Positions 26,471 to 41,700 of a stretch of DNA of 64,000 bases are shown in pieces. The position numbers were made by a program, and so were the translations under genes. The notes below the pieces were generated by a model, which worked only from the letters and a program-made list of their open reading frames with translations, did not search any database and was not told where the DNA came from. Source of the DNA: Antedon mediterranea (Eukaryota; Animalia; Echinodermata); contig NC_092672.1 of the NCBI RefSeq assembly GCF_964355755.1, forward strand, positions 27,162,437-27,226,436, in the 5' to 3' direction. Each line of letters opens with the position of its first letter. Within the stretch, counting starts at the first letter, position 1.

Positions 26471-29400
26471 AACATACGAACTTTTAGGTCAATTGATCTA
26501 TGTTAGTATTAAATTATTCGAATTGTCCAAAAGTCGGATTACCAACATCTGCTGGTTACCGTTGGTGCATTTGGTATCACTATTCACATTATTTACACTG
26601 CCTCGACATACGAACCTAGTGACAGGGGTAACTTGTATTGAAAGTGCTAATAATGTACATAGACTTGTATCCAGATGACTTTCGATAGTCAGTTAAGATC
26701 TACTTAGTGACAGCTGCAGAATCGGGTGGGTTATTACCGATTTGAATTAGATAGGCATAAAGAATCGATTAGTTCGGATATTTACGAATACTTCTTGTCA
26801 TGCATGACGACACATTCAGTCTACACATTAACAATAGCATATTATGATATCATAATGTAAACATTTTGATAACGCAATATCCTTTTTAAACAACATAAAA
26901 CAGCGATGTCACAAGACTGCATAAAGTTTACGCGCACACACACAGGACATGGTTTGGGTGGGTGGTGGGTGCGCGTGTGTTTGTTTCGTACAGTAGTTAA
27001 TAATATAAACCTAAAGGCAAATGACAATGCTGTGAGTGACTGGATCTCAATAGAGATACAAATTAAAATAAGCAGAAAGCTAAATCAAAACGATAAAGTA
27101 AAATAGCTAGAAATATCAGCAAAGCTCTCGGACAACACAATCCCTTTATCAGTATATAATTCATAATATAATAATTGATATCAGATTCAGAAAATTGTGC
27201 AAAAATATTTACATATCATTTATAGTTTAACGATGTAAGCCCCTATATTACATTTTAAAAGAAAACGTGTAGGCCTACTAAACTGTTTCTTTTATCTTAC
27301 ATTTTGTTATTCTAAATGTTGTTCTGTAAGAGATAAACTACCTGTAAACTGAAACGCATCGACTTTGTTGACTTTTTTTGCTCAAAACTATTACGTCAAC
27401 TCATGTAAAAAACATCATTCTTTTATGATCCTAACATGCGATAACAGGATCCGACCCACTGACAGACCGACACATAAATAAGACTGGTAACAAAACAATT
27501 GTGAAAACAATAAAATTGATGATAAAGAACTTTTGTTTTTATTATTTCATTTATTTTGGCAGCATTTACAACAAGGAAACGATTACCATTAATGGCGTGC
27601 CACATCAACACTAAAATTACAATGTAACAATTCAAAAGTGAAAATAAAATGAATTGATATCGACTCACAACTCATAACGTCAGAATGGAAATAAGCTAAA
27701 CGTTGCTGTTTAGGCCAAGGTGACAAAAAGCATCTAGCCGGTGATGAGTTAGGACTATATTAAGCTTCCCACAACAAAATTGGAAAATGTCACTGGCTTA
27801 GCTTTGAAGTTTTTACATTTAAAACATAGAGTAATACATTGCAAACTTACGTTGTTAATTTAATCGTGCTTTTGTAGATCTATCTTCAAAAAAAATGTTC
27901 CATTATTTTGTCAATAGACCTGTAAGTGAATCGTACATAGGAAAGCACACATGCGGAGTGGTCCTTGGCAGTTGATGTTTTTATTAATAGAGAATTTTCT
28001 GTGACCACAAAATAGGAAGTAATAGTCGATTTCCGATTAATTTAAGAGGTATTGTCGAGTCAAATGACATCGTTTATTTTGTTGTAAAACTGAACATATT
28101 ATAACTACCGGTATAATGTCAACATTTATTAATTTCTATCAATGGTAAACAATACAATAAAGAAAATGGTAATATAATAATTATAATAATGAAACAATAC
28201 TATTAATAGAGGATCTTCAAAGACCCATAATCGAAAAGAAAAAAAATGTATTTGTATATAATAAAAGAACAATAATTCCATGACAAACTGATCAAATACC
28301 GTAGTTCAAGTTTACTTTTAGATCAGTGGTCGATCAAAAATGTCAATATAAGGCGGAATAAATTTAATACACTAATACTATAAATATATATAATAGAATA
28401 CCATTAGGAACATTCAACATTCAGATTTTAATAAATTATATGTAAAGTTCATCGAAGTTAGTTAAAAACAATGTCAGGATAAAGTGGGAACGTGTGGTTG
28501 AAGGCGTCCGCCTCTGATTCTAGATAATTTAATCTACTGTTTATTCGAGTAACACAGAAGATCAATATAGCCTATGCATCGACATTTGTGGTTTATGGAG
28601 GATAGGGTATATTTATGTTATTGTTTTCGGATGTGACGTGAAGCTGTTGGTTCCAGTATTGTGCAATCTGTATGGATTTAGAAAAGCTCTAGTTGTAAAA
28701 AAAAACAGAAGAAAATATTTGTTTTATCATAAAATATCATGATAAATAATTAAAGAACTTCTTTGCAGACCATGGATGTTATCTCCTATCGCGCGCCGTA
28801 GACGACAAAAAAACATTTGTGTTTGTGAAAAATCGAAAGGAACCCTCTATTATGAATTGGACAATAATTCGATCTTATTTCTAAAAAGTGAATATAAAAG
28901 GATATCCATTGACCGTTTAAGTGAAACATTTAACTTATATGATTTGTGATTTTCGCCACAACACAAAGGTTTTTTTTACCTTTTCTGTTTTATTTAGTTT
29001 TACTTTTGTTGGATTTTATTTGTTTTTGCGATCGACTAATGCGCATGGTGTACCTATAGAAGGCCTACATTATTATTATCAGCTCCCGTTAGTTAGGCGG
29101 CATTTTATATCGAAGTTTACTTTAGATTCACACAGATACACACAATAAAAGCCTATGAAAATAAATTGTATACAATAAGAGCGAGACATTGGACTTCGGA
29201 ACATGTCTGGTAGTAGTAAAGTAATGCCTGTCTGGTGACCCTCCACTATTCGTAATATTCTACGATTTTCATTTGTGGCTTAATAAACTCATAATAATAA
29301 TTTTTTTTTACAATAAATTATAATTAGTGTATTAAGCATTTACTTAAGTGAGATATTTCGTTTAGATATCTGATTTTTGTTTAAAGATTTAATCTATTGA

Positions 29401-29704
29401 CAATAATTGCTATATTTCAATTGTTCACTACCAATACGAAAAAAAAAGTCAGATAGGGTCATCACGCAAACGTCTTTCCTAAAAAGATGATGTCCTGATG
29501 CGCTTGGTGAAAGTCAGCTAGACCATTATTCTTTGCTAGACGAAGACATGATAGCGCCATCATTTTCCCGAAGCCCAATAACACGACGTTACGTACGTAA
29601 ACATCATACCACACACCACTCACCACCGGCGGCCGCTACCACAGTCTAGCAGCAGCAAGAAGCAGAATATACCCAGCGAGTTTTCTTACTTTTCACCCTG
29701 AAAA

Positions 29705-32700
29705 ATGACTAGTAATGATGAGATTGAAGAAATTTCCAGTATGGTATGTATTTATATTTGATGAAAATCACATGACATATTATATTCCTTTGTATTGTAG
29801 CCCTAGCCCTCTAGCCTAGCTAGGTAGGCTAGAGAAGGGCCTAGCTAGCCTCCTAGCCTAAGTAGGCCTAGCTAGGTAGGTGGCTAGGCCTAGTAGTAGG
29901 GCTTGAGCCTAGCTATAATAAAGGCTAGCTAGTAGGCCTACAGTAGGCCCTAGCTTACCTTATTATTAGGCTAGTAGGCCTAGTAGGCTATGGCATGCCA
30001 GATGCCACTTCTTGGCATGAGCAAGAGAGGGTAGTACTAGGGCCTAGTAGGCCTGACCATTCATTAGCTAGCTAGGAGATAGGGGGAGGGGGGGGCGGAC
30101 TTTTGCAGACCTGACTTGCCCAGACTACTCTAGGGCTAGGTCTGTTACATAGTTTAATGTACAGTACGTGTCGTAAATTAAACAGATGGTCTGATCAGCT
30201 CAGATCGTTTTCATGACACACTAAAAAAGCAAATACAAAACCTTCAAGTTGGAAAATGATTCTGTGTCTATTTTTGCCAACTCATTACAATGCTTTATAA
30301 ATATGTAATAATTAGAATTTGCAAAGAAAGTGACAGTTTGAAAATATGCTAGCTAAATCATCAATGTGCGGAATGACAATAGGCCTAGGTCAAACTACTG
30401 TAATTCATTTTGATTAACATCAGCATTAACATCTTCAAGAACGCTGAGCTGGGCCTTTTTTCAATTTATATTTTAGCTCGACTGCATGTGGCTGACCTTG
30501 GTTGTGAAACACTTCATGTCTGCGTTTCAGTAGCATTCTCATTCCCGTTTTATTTATTCTTAAGTTTCACGATTTGAAAGCTCAACACAACTCAATGTAA
30601 CTCATTGTCGACTGGAAAACGGGCTCTAATTTTAATACAAGTTTATATATTTGTAGGAAAGTGAATACCAGTGGCTATTACAAGAAGAAGTTCACAATGT
30701 GTTAAAGGAACTCAAAGAAATGCTTCATGTAAGTTGATTGTCCTCCAGAAGTAGATATTGTTTGTTGTTGCTAACCTGCGTGCAAAATTCGGCCCTGGAA
30801 AAAAAAAGAATCACCTTTGTTTTTTAAAGAAATAATAAAATTATGCAGATTAGAGTAGAACATTAAAGTCTGTCAATATTTTTATTCTATTCATTACCAT
30901 TCTTGATCATGTCATTTGATTGGATTAAAAAAAATATTAGACAGCTTAAAATGGGTATCTTATAGTTACTGTAGTTCTAGAATGAAAACTTTTCTAATTT
31001 ATTTTTGTTTTTCTAAGAAAAATGTATGTCTGTCTAGTGTTATTGTCGATCGTCATCGTCCTAGCGTGTTGCAACCTAAAAGGGTCACGACATGTGTAAG
31101 TGCAGCAGCATGTGTGTGATACTCATCTTGGAAGACTACGTTCTTTAAAGTGAACACAAGTGTTTTGTATATACTTAATTTAAATAATTATAATGATTAT
31201 TATTGATTATAATAGCATTATTCAAATTATTATTTATTTATATAGGAATGTGGAAAAAGATTTAGGACACAAGCAACAGGTAAAATTTAGAATCAATTTA
31301 TTTTCTTTGAAAAGATTCTGTACATGGCATACAGTGTACACTGAAAAACAAACCTATGAATACAATAATTGGCTTTTTTTTGGTGAAAATATCTAGCTAT
31401 TTGCTATGAGATATGATTCAAGTAATTTGTGTTATAATAAGCAAATAATATTTTTGAAAGTGGTATATCTTAGTCTATAAATCAACATGAACAAATTATT
31501 TAAAATGGGTGGGCATCAAACCACATCTCTCTACTGGACAAGATAGTTAGTAATTAACTACTTGTTCCATTTTTAAATTACCCATGAACATTGTAAGATA
31601 CTAACAAAAATTCCATGTTATTAATGTATTATCTAGCAGATGGTGTCTACTATTAAGTGCTCTGTGAAAGCATTATATTATGCCCAATAGGATAGAACAT
31701 CCTATATAAACTTAATCTGGTGACTTTTTAGTGTTGCATATAGTATTTAGCCTATTGTATTGTTTGAATAAATTGTTAGTAAATAAGTTACTGTATGCAC
31801 TTTGTACCTTATGCAACCTTTATTATCACCATTGTGTTATTGATTTAGTTGAAGTACATCCAACCTGAAACCAGATTCCATAAACTGAAATTTTTACCAA
31901 AACTAAATTTAATAACATTTTTTCTTACTACTTAAACTATATATATTAGAACTTCTATTTAGTACACACCTTTGGGACCCTTTAGTATTACAAATGTATT
32001 GTCCCTTGATCATTTCACAAAAAGTATTCCCTAAAATACAGGTCCCACGGAATTCTATGTATAGATTGCATTCTTTGACCCAATAAATTTAAAGCGTCAC
32101 CACTTTTTAATAAGGAGCTTTCGATTTGCGAAAACTTAGAAACAATCCAGGTCTGGTCAATCGATGCGTCGTCAACTGCCCTGCCTACACAAAATGAATT
32201 GAAGTGTCGGTCATCGCAAATTAATTCTCAAATTAATATTATTGTTTGAGTATGGATAAAGTGTACAGTACATTTACTTGTCAGTGTGTGGTGTTGCGCA
32301 CATTTATGATTTTGTTTTTTTTGTTTTTACACATTATCATTATTTTGAATAATACCATTGTTATCATTGTTTTTTGTTTTTACTGTGTCTTATTCTTTAG
32401 GCCAACCTGCTCGTCCAGATTTTGTTAGTTATGGTATAGTACTCCCTGCTTTTTGCATCAACACTGTATGATCGGGCCTAAACAAAAGTTGTTGCCCAAA
32501 CAGAGGGACAAACAGGGATTGGTTGGCCATGTTTTTTTTCTTCAGAACTGGTTCATTATAATTTTGGCATTAAAAGCAATTTTAATATTTAAACAAATTT
32601 ATAGAAATTTTCGTCAAATTTTGAATTGATTGGCTCAAAAAAATAAAAATAATTTTTCACAAAATAATTTAAGTTAGTCGGGCAACAATACTTTCTTTTA

Positions 32701-35700
32701 GGTCAAATCTATTGAGTGTCCACTTTACAATGATAAACCAACATCATGGGCTATACTTCTAACCTCAGGTGAATCAATGAGTAGTTGGCTTGCCATGGGA
32801 GGAACTAATGGCCAATGTCTGTTTATCCAAGTATTAGTTGGCACAAAATAGTCTCTCACTGCAGGGCTGCAAATTAACTTTTTTACTTGGTAGCACTATC
32901 AAATTTGTATGATGGCTCATAATAATTTTTGGTAGCACCACCAATTTTTTTTGTAGCACCTTTTCATCGACAACAACCCCCTTCCCTCAAACCCCATCCG
33001 CGCAGATCCGTTTTTAGTTTAGTTGGGGGGGGGGGGGGTATAAAAATAAAATCCCCCCCCCCCCCCAGCGCGGGATTTTTAAGTAATTATAGGTTGTTTC
33101 AATCGATTTCTGAGCACATAAATTGGGTTATGCACATTTTAGGCACTGGTCCTGATGCGCCACTTATATTCGCGCAAGATTTATTCTTTTTACGGTACGG
33201 AAAGAAATTACTGCTTTGTATATACGCGTAACCTTTCGTAGCCTACGCGTAAATAGACCGTAGGTCATTGTTCTCTAAACGTATCCTGCAATTTACAAAG
33301 TATTGTTCGTTGCCTACGATGTATTGTTTATGATAATATCTACGCGTCGATACACCAATGTCATCGCCTTTAGGAGCATGAACAATGGAAACAAACATGT
33401 ATTTGTTGGCTAATTAAAATCCTAGTAGAAGACGTTAATTTTTGTAGCCGCCCTACACATCGGTTGTCCTAATTTGGCAGGACATCCGCCGACGAGACGA
33501 CATCGGGCCCGAGGCCCTCAACTCACGCAGAGAGAGTTTCGGCGGCCTACATGATTCAATCCGGCCATTCAATCCTACCTTGGTTTAGCGAATTATAAAA
33601 ACAACAACACCTTGGCTAGGACGCAAACAAAATATATGCAAAATAAATATATATTCCATGTTAAGATTTAACAGGCCTTTGTAAATTATTATTACGATAA
33701 AAGGCCCGACCAGAATTTGGAGGGAAAAAACGTGCGAATCGTGGGAACAGTTTATAGAGCTGTATTACGTTTCATGTGACGCAAAATTCAGGTACAAGTA
33801 CTCTGTTTTGTAGCCACGTGGTAAAACAGACTATCGCGTTTCATTTCATGACATGTGACCAAAAAACTAGGTCTGTATTAATTACGGTCTTCTGTCGGCA
33901 GTCTTTTTGAGCGACCGATTGAACGTTTTGATACTATATTTAGAATGAATTGTTTACGATCTTTTTGTTTGCATGTTTTTGGATCGACTGGACGTTCGCT
34001 ATATTATTTTTATTAGTTGGCATAGTTCATTGTGTTGGATCGTGTCTCGTATACGTTTACATTGTAGGAAATTTATATTCACCGTTGTTGAGAGTAAAAA
34101 AACACACACGAATGAAAGATTTTCGAATAAAAAATATTATATTATATATTTCTTAGTAATGTACAAATTGGTCCTCCTCCGCCAGTCAAAATTAACACAT
34201 TAAATAATAATTTTCACACCTTGTTACTTACTATAGAACATCGTGAGGTTAGGTTACTAACGAAGCCAAACAATGTAACCTACAAAGCCAACAACGTAGC
34301 CTGTTTTATCTACGAAGCTACTTCGTAGGAAAAGCTGCGGTATTTTCTCTGATATATAATTTTCGATAATCAGAATCTGGAATAAAGTATTAAATCTACT
34401 GATAAACAATACTGCTGTTTAATCTATATTATAATGAATAGATATTATTATATATATCATTAATTACATTATTTAGTAATCATGATATAACCATTATACT
34501 GCCTAAAAAATGCTGATGGCTGCGCGGCGACAATCCTTAGTATCTGCCGCGCCCGCCCTGGCTAACTTCTGTGTACGGCGGTACAATTGTTTTTTTATAT
34601 TCCTTCTTTAAAACGTAGGTGATTTTCCACGAGGTTTGTGTCGTCCGCGCGTCACACTGTGCTGTGTATTTGGTGTCCTTTTGTGTGATTGGGTAAGGCA
34701 GCATACAATAAATGGACGAACTTCCAATCATAACGAGTGTAAAATGTTTAGGGGCTTTGTACGCTTGAATGAACCTGACTCCTTTGCGGCGGCGGTGACT
34801 AGTGGAAACTCCTGAGCCTTCCGTAGAGTAGAGAGAGATTAAATTACAACACAGTTAAATAGGGAAAACACACCTGACTTCAATTTGAAACAACTCGCAC
34901 AAGCAGACGATCTTGTCGCGCTATGCGCGACCTATTCTGTTGCTTTAGTCGCAAACAGAAAAATTAGGTCGCAAATGCGACCAAATACCCCTTAATTTGC
35001 AGCCCTGCACTGGTGACATTTCACTTCATTTGTTCATTTCATTTACCTTTTGTTGGTGTGTCTTTTTCGCTTTCTATATTATCCATTGCATGGACTCTTC
35101 CATTTTAATTCATCATTAATTTTAAATGCAAAGTAGAAATTGCATCCTTTTTATAAATATTGTTTGGTTTAATTTAAAAAATGTTTATGATTATATAAGA
35201 CATTATGTCTGCTAAGAGCTCAACTCTATGGTATCACACTGTGAAAGGTAGTCAATGCAAACGATCTACCATATGCATTTCAGTGTGAAAGGTAGTCAAG
35301 TCAAGCAATTCATATACACAATGTGATAGTCAGGACAAGCCCTGATACCTTTACACTGTCTGAAAGGTAGCTAAGACAGTGTGAAGTACTGTAAACTAAG
35401 ACAAATTTAATTTAGCAGTGTGAAAGGTACTATAGACTGATCATCAAGCCCTTTATAAAATTACACAGTGTGAAAGGTAGTCTAAACAAATGTTGCACAA
35501 TGTAAAAAGTAGTCAAGTCAAGTGAAGTATCATTTATTGTCATTTATTTGAAGAAAAAAACATAGAAATTCTGTTGGCGGAGCACAATATCCAACGGACA
35601 CAACACACACATACTCAGAACAAAAACATTACAAAAAGTGTCTACATGATGTATTGTCCCTCAAAAACATGAAAAATGATGATTAATTAAATCGGACTTT

Positions 35701-38700
35701 GAATATGTTATTTTGTATTTTTAATCAAGTTAATCACTTCAATAGAAAAAAAAAATGAAAAAAATCATTGTTTCACTTATAAAATGACAAAATAAATGGT
35801 AAAATTCAACCAAGCAGCCAATTTGACCATTTTTGCTTTAAATTACATTTTTTTCAGGTAAATACATTTTTTTTCGATCCAATTTTTTGTCAAAGTGTTT
35901 AACTATTATGTTACATTAAAATGGAATATTAAAAAAAAATTGTTTTTTAAATTATTTTTTCAGGGGACAATACATCTTTAAGGCTCTAATAGTCAAATCA
36001 TTCATAGTATAAATTTACTCCAAATGTTGGGGTGATTTATTAAAGTTGTTAGAAATACAAATAATAAATGTAGGCCTACTAAAGACTGGCTGTACACTTA
36101 TTACATTAGTTATAAAAGGCACTGGAGACATACTGTACATGCATACAGTAGGCCTAGTTTGAAATTCATTCATAATACGCTGTGTGAAAGGTAGTCAAAC
36201 CATTCATACATTACGCAGTTCAATAAAAGGTACTGGCTTCCATACATTACAATCATCATTACATACAGCAGTGCTGAATACAGAGTAGATCCAAATCAAT
36301 GCTTATTGGTCCCATGTGAATACTATATGCTGCAATATCACTTTTAGATAACGAGAAACACAACTGAAGCCAGAATCTCTATCCAAAATGCATTTTGAAA
36401 ATGTTGAAAACACCAGACATTTGAGTACGTGTCCAGTAAAAACTACTGTAACTGTTTAATTTATGTATTAACATTAAAAGAATATATATTATATTATTAT
36501 TATTATTATATTATTATATATTTATTATTTTTATTAATCTATATTTTAAAATGAATATTAAATGAAAATTATAATATAGTATGGGCTTTCTCCCTCCCCA
36601 ACCAGTTTGGTTGTTCATTTTCATTTCAATTTAAAATAAATTTAAAAACAGTGAAATCTTCTTTAATAATAATATAACACAAACTAAAGTCTTGAGTACT
36701 AAAAGGTACCACATTTTAATAAAGGCAAATATTGCATGTGAACACCATGCACACATTGGTTGAGTCACAATTTATCATGTGATTCTGAATTTTACAAATC
36801 CATCTATTATAAACATTTACAATGCTATTGTCCATTTTTATTTACCATATAAATGCTAAGAGGTCAAAGTTGACAACAATATATTATTATGATAAAATAG
36901 ATATTTCTCTTTCTGTTATTTTGACTGAAAATTGGTGTTATTATAGTTTATAGTTGCTTGTGGATTGCCAATTTAAATGTTAAGTTACGGTTTAAATTGT
37001 AATACATGATTTCAGAAAAATACAGGCATTCTCTCCCTTTTAAGGGTAAGCGTAGACTTCTGGACTATTCTCTTATTTTTTTATTGTCTGTATTAATCTA
37101 AATATGAGGGTTTCAATTTTAATTTAAGACCAAAAAAATAAAAATGATAATGGTATTCACTTTGATAGGAGATTTGGTTTTTAAATTAATAATAGATGAT
37201 GTTTCCCTTAGCCTAGGCCTAAGTGTGATTGGTAAAATGGTCACAGACCAATAGGCCTACTATTGAACACCATGCATGACCGTAGCTGGCATGAGGCACT
37301 TTCTGAAATCTTCAATTTTCACTACCCACCTCAATTTCGCAGCAGAGATTGTCATATTTTATATTAATAATTATATTTAAAGCATCTTATTTACCTCGTC
37401 TGTTTTTAACCTCTCTCTACAGCCATGCATACTGTAGCCTAACTGCCAGGACCATTCTTTTATTCATTCATTAATTTAAAAAAGGATTGTTTTTGTAATC
37501 TTATGAAATTAAAATTATAGTTTTGATTTAATTTCAGACTGTTGGACTATAAAAATTCTTACATATACAGTATATACAATAACAAAGTATTTATCAGTGA
37601 GAGATTATCTAAATGGTAATAATATAAAAATTTCATATCTAATCCAATCTCTATGTAATATTAATATGTTTAACCAGTGGTATAACGGCTGAGCGCTCAC
37701 TGGATAAACCCAAGGTCCCAGACTATGAGCAGCCCCAGGGCATAAGCAGCCCCAGGGCATAAGCAGCCCCAATACAACTAACTGTATCCAATGTTGGTTC
37801 CATTTGGGTGCTAAACAGGGGCCTTTGCCCCCTGTGTTACGCGACTGTATTTTATAAGTGTTGCAGCATTATATAAAAATAACACTGACTAAAATTCCAT
37901 TTTCTTATTTTAAGTTAATATTTGATACAGAATACAGAACACAGTACAGTACCAAAGAGTAAACTAATGTAATTTAAAAAATCCAACCTTAAAATGCTTG
38001 TAGGCTTATGAGAGTAAACCTCTGATACAGAAATAAACACTATTATTTTCTTTATTTAATGCTATAGTATCATATAGGCAATTTTATATCAGCAATATAT
38101 TGCAGAAACATTTTCGTTTCATATCAAAATCATACTACTTTTTACAACCAAATGTTACTGCAATTTAATATTTAGAATAGTTTTATTTTTTATGCATGCA
38201 TATGGTATTTTATTGATTGCCGTAATTATTTTTCCATTGAACTAACTTTGGATATATTTTCATAGCCAAAAACAATATTATTATTATATAAAGCTGTTCA
38301 ATATGATATAATTTTAGCAATTTTTAAGTATCATTTATATTTTACTGTATTAAATGCTACATTAAAGAAACTAAATCGAATAGCAATATTTTTTTTTCTT
38401 TTTATTTTTCATGTTCTGAAGTTACTACATTTAAAAAAAAAATTTTTGTTTCGATGTGTAGATTTCAACAAAATGTTTGTAATAACCCCCAGAAAAGCTT
38501 GCTTAATATTTTAATATCATAAACTGGTAATAGATAGTAACCAAAATGTTCTTTAGTTTACTGCAGTAACTGCAGTTGAATAGTTTTAAAATAGTCCATA
38601 TTATTTAGAACAACAAAATTATAAGTACTCATAGAGGGTGTAATTGATTAACAATGTTATGTTACAATCTGCTTGATTGGATTGGCCGACGTGTAAAGAG

Positions 38701-41700
38701 ACACGTTATTGATTTGACATTATCACTAACCCATTTGTGAACGACGTCACAAATCAATATTTTAAATTCTTAACTTGAGATCTAAGTGAAAACAAAGGAT
38801 CGTAAAAAGAGTTTATTGAAAATATGCCCTGCCATTAAACTTAACAAACTGAACATTTAATTTTATTATTCATTGTCCTTTGATTTAGAAACACTGTAAT
38901 AAAATAGACAAAATCATGTGAGATTGAGAAATATCTATGCTGTCTTGTTTGTGTCCTTAAGCAGTGGTTATGGTTGTCTCCTTTCAGTCACAATGTGTTA
39001 TTTTTGCGTTGTAGCTATAAGTTGCATAATAATAATAAAAACGTAGCGATAACCAGTTGAATGGCACTAAGCCTCATATGAGTGTGTTTTTAACCGCTAT
39101 TTTTATGCTGCCATTTAACCGGTTCTTTATAAACTGTGTCCTGTTTGTTTCTGCTGCCTAGAAAATAAGGTTAATTTATTCACAGGGTTATGAATCGATT
39201 ATTATTAGTGGAATAATCTTCTTATACATACGCACAAATTATGAAACAAATATTCTAGTTGAATTAACTATTTTATTACTTCTTCAAATCTCCTGTAAAT
39301 TTTATTTTATTTTTTTTTTTCATTTCCAAAGGCAAACAAAAAAGAATCTCAAAACAACTTAAATAATAAAAATGGTTAAGCAAGCAATAACAATGCAAAT
39401 TAATTAATAAATAAACTAAAAATGACGCAATATATTGTGAAAGTGTATGCTGTTAAAAAAAAAAAGGCTAATTACTGTAATTGTCCAGATTAATACTTGC
39501 ATACATTACTTTGAATTACAATTCATAAAGTCAAAATATTTCGCTTCCATTTCTTTTTAAATTCTGATTCCTAATACTCCATTACAACATGGAGAGTTTT
39601 TTTTAAACTTTTATTGTCTATTTCTATTTTAAATCTGAACCTCTTGAAAGACCTTTTCCAGAATATGTACAGATTTGTATTGTATAATGTTTTTCTTGGT
39701 TTGGTTCAAAGTATTTTATTACCGAAAACCAATTTCCATTAATCAAATTTATATGCCAGCATCAGATACTTATCTTATCAAATATCATCAGGATGTAAAT
39801 TTGATGATGTAATAGATATCGATGTCATTATTTCCAAAATCAGACTGCTGCTGTGGCTGTCCGAGTTTACTGGAAAATTGATTGTTCAGGTTTAATGGCC
39901 TGATGAATGCTGAATTGCATTATAGTCTGAAACTAACATTATTAATTAGGATTCATTCATTTTTTAAACCCTGTCTACACTATTAAACTAGTTTGTGTGA
40001 TGTGCACATATGGTGTAGTGATATGCCAAATATGGTAGTGATATAACATCATCGTGTCCATATGGGCACATCACATGTTTTTGTCGCATAAAGTTTGATA
40101 GTGTCGACAAGGCTTTTGGTTGATTTTGGTCAGTTGTAATGTGAAAACCTCTAAACTGGACAATTACAATTCTAATCTACTCTACCCCACTCCCTAAGCC
40201 TACCTGAGACCATGATAAATTATAAAGTAGTTTAACCTTATTCTAAATAAAAATTACTAAAATTACATACATTACAGGTACTGTACCTGTGTTTTATTAT
40301 TTTAATGATAAAATATTTATTAACTGTCTGAGTACGTTGAAATAAAAGATAAAGGATTAAAAAAAGGAATGACAGTGTTTCAATGGTCAAAGCTCATCCT
40401 TTAAAGTTAATTAAGCTTGAGAAATACGCCATGATGGAGTTGAAACGATGTTACTTTTTAAGTGTACTTTTCTAAGTAACGAACAGCCATACAATTAATT
40501 TTTTTTTAATGTCTCTATTTTCAATTTTTTTTTTCATAAAATGTCTATTATGTATTGACCTTTTTAAAAAATAAAACACTGCAAATGCACACATATCAAT
40601 TATTACTCCAATGCACTCTACACACATTGAATATGTTGGTTATAGATTACTAATATTTGATTACACTTCTAGTCTATCTCAGCAATACAAATATCTTAAT
40701 GCAAATCAATAGGATGGAAAGGAAAACCTACCCGTTTCAAAGATGTGAATAAGAGATGCTCTAACTAAACCACTTGTTAATATACTATACACAGAGAATG
40801 ATACCAAGTGACTCATTTGGAATACACTATCAACATATAGCTATGATTATCAATAATTTGTGTGTTTAATTATTTACGTTTTTGGTCTCAATTGACTTGC
40901 TAAAAGGTTTGCTGATTTAACTACAGTATATTGCTGTCCATGTTATCACAAAAGTAATATAGCTTTACTGTTATTTCTTCTAATTTTCATACATAATTTC
41001 ATTTCTTATAAATAATTTTTAAAATTTGGTTTTGCACTGTTTTCGGTTGTTTATTTTCTTTCTCATTGTATCTTTGAGGCAACATACTTATTTTCATACA
41101 TTATTATCATAATGGTTTCATTAAATTATTTTATTTAAATATTTTAAAATTTATTTTATATTGATATATAAATATATAATACTGTAATAACAATAACTCA
41201 CGACTCTTTAAATTCCAACTCCAACGAGTTACTCAATCTTGATTGCGTATTTAAAAAAATGTACTTTAATTCAATTTATTCAATGCTAATTAAATTTATC
41301 TTCACTATTTTTCTTGTAGTAATGTTATATTATTTTATATATTTCATTAACAGTATTTAGAATAATGTCATCATTTTTTAATTAAGCATGATATAATTAT
41401 AGTATACACCAGCAATCTAAGTTATTGATATAGTAATAAACATGAACACAGCTAAAATATTATAGTACTGTGATGATTGATACAGAGCATTTATAAATAC
41501 CATTCTGATTAACATTATTTTAGATTGATTACTTTACTACTGTACATATTAAATTAAATTAAAATATGAATTATTTAGCAAAGATATCTGCATCAGAGTG
41601 AATACCCCTCTCCCACTCGGAGGTGGTTTTCAATATGCACAGCAGTTATGTTAATATACTGTACCCCATTCCCTCCAACCCTTCTCTGGGGGAACTCAAA

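Noticed and set aside
32401-32423. Possible ROGDI microexon (ttctttag|gccaac...ttt|gttagt)
   Set aside because: At 23 nt it would shift the frame unless paired with another exon that I could not find.
37675-37847. Short CAGT..ACTG hAT-like MITE
   Set aside because: TIRs are degenerate and there is no convincing TSD; too weak to call.
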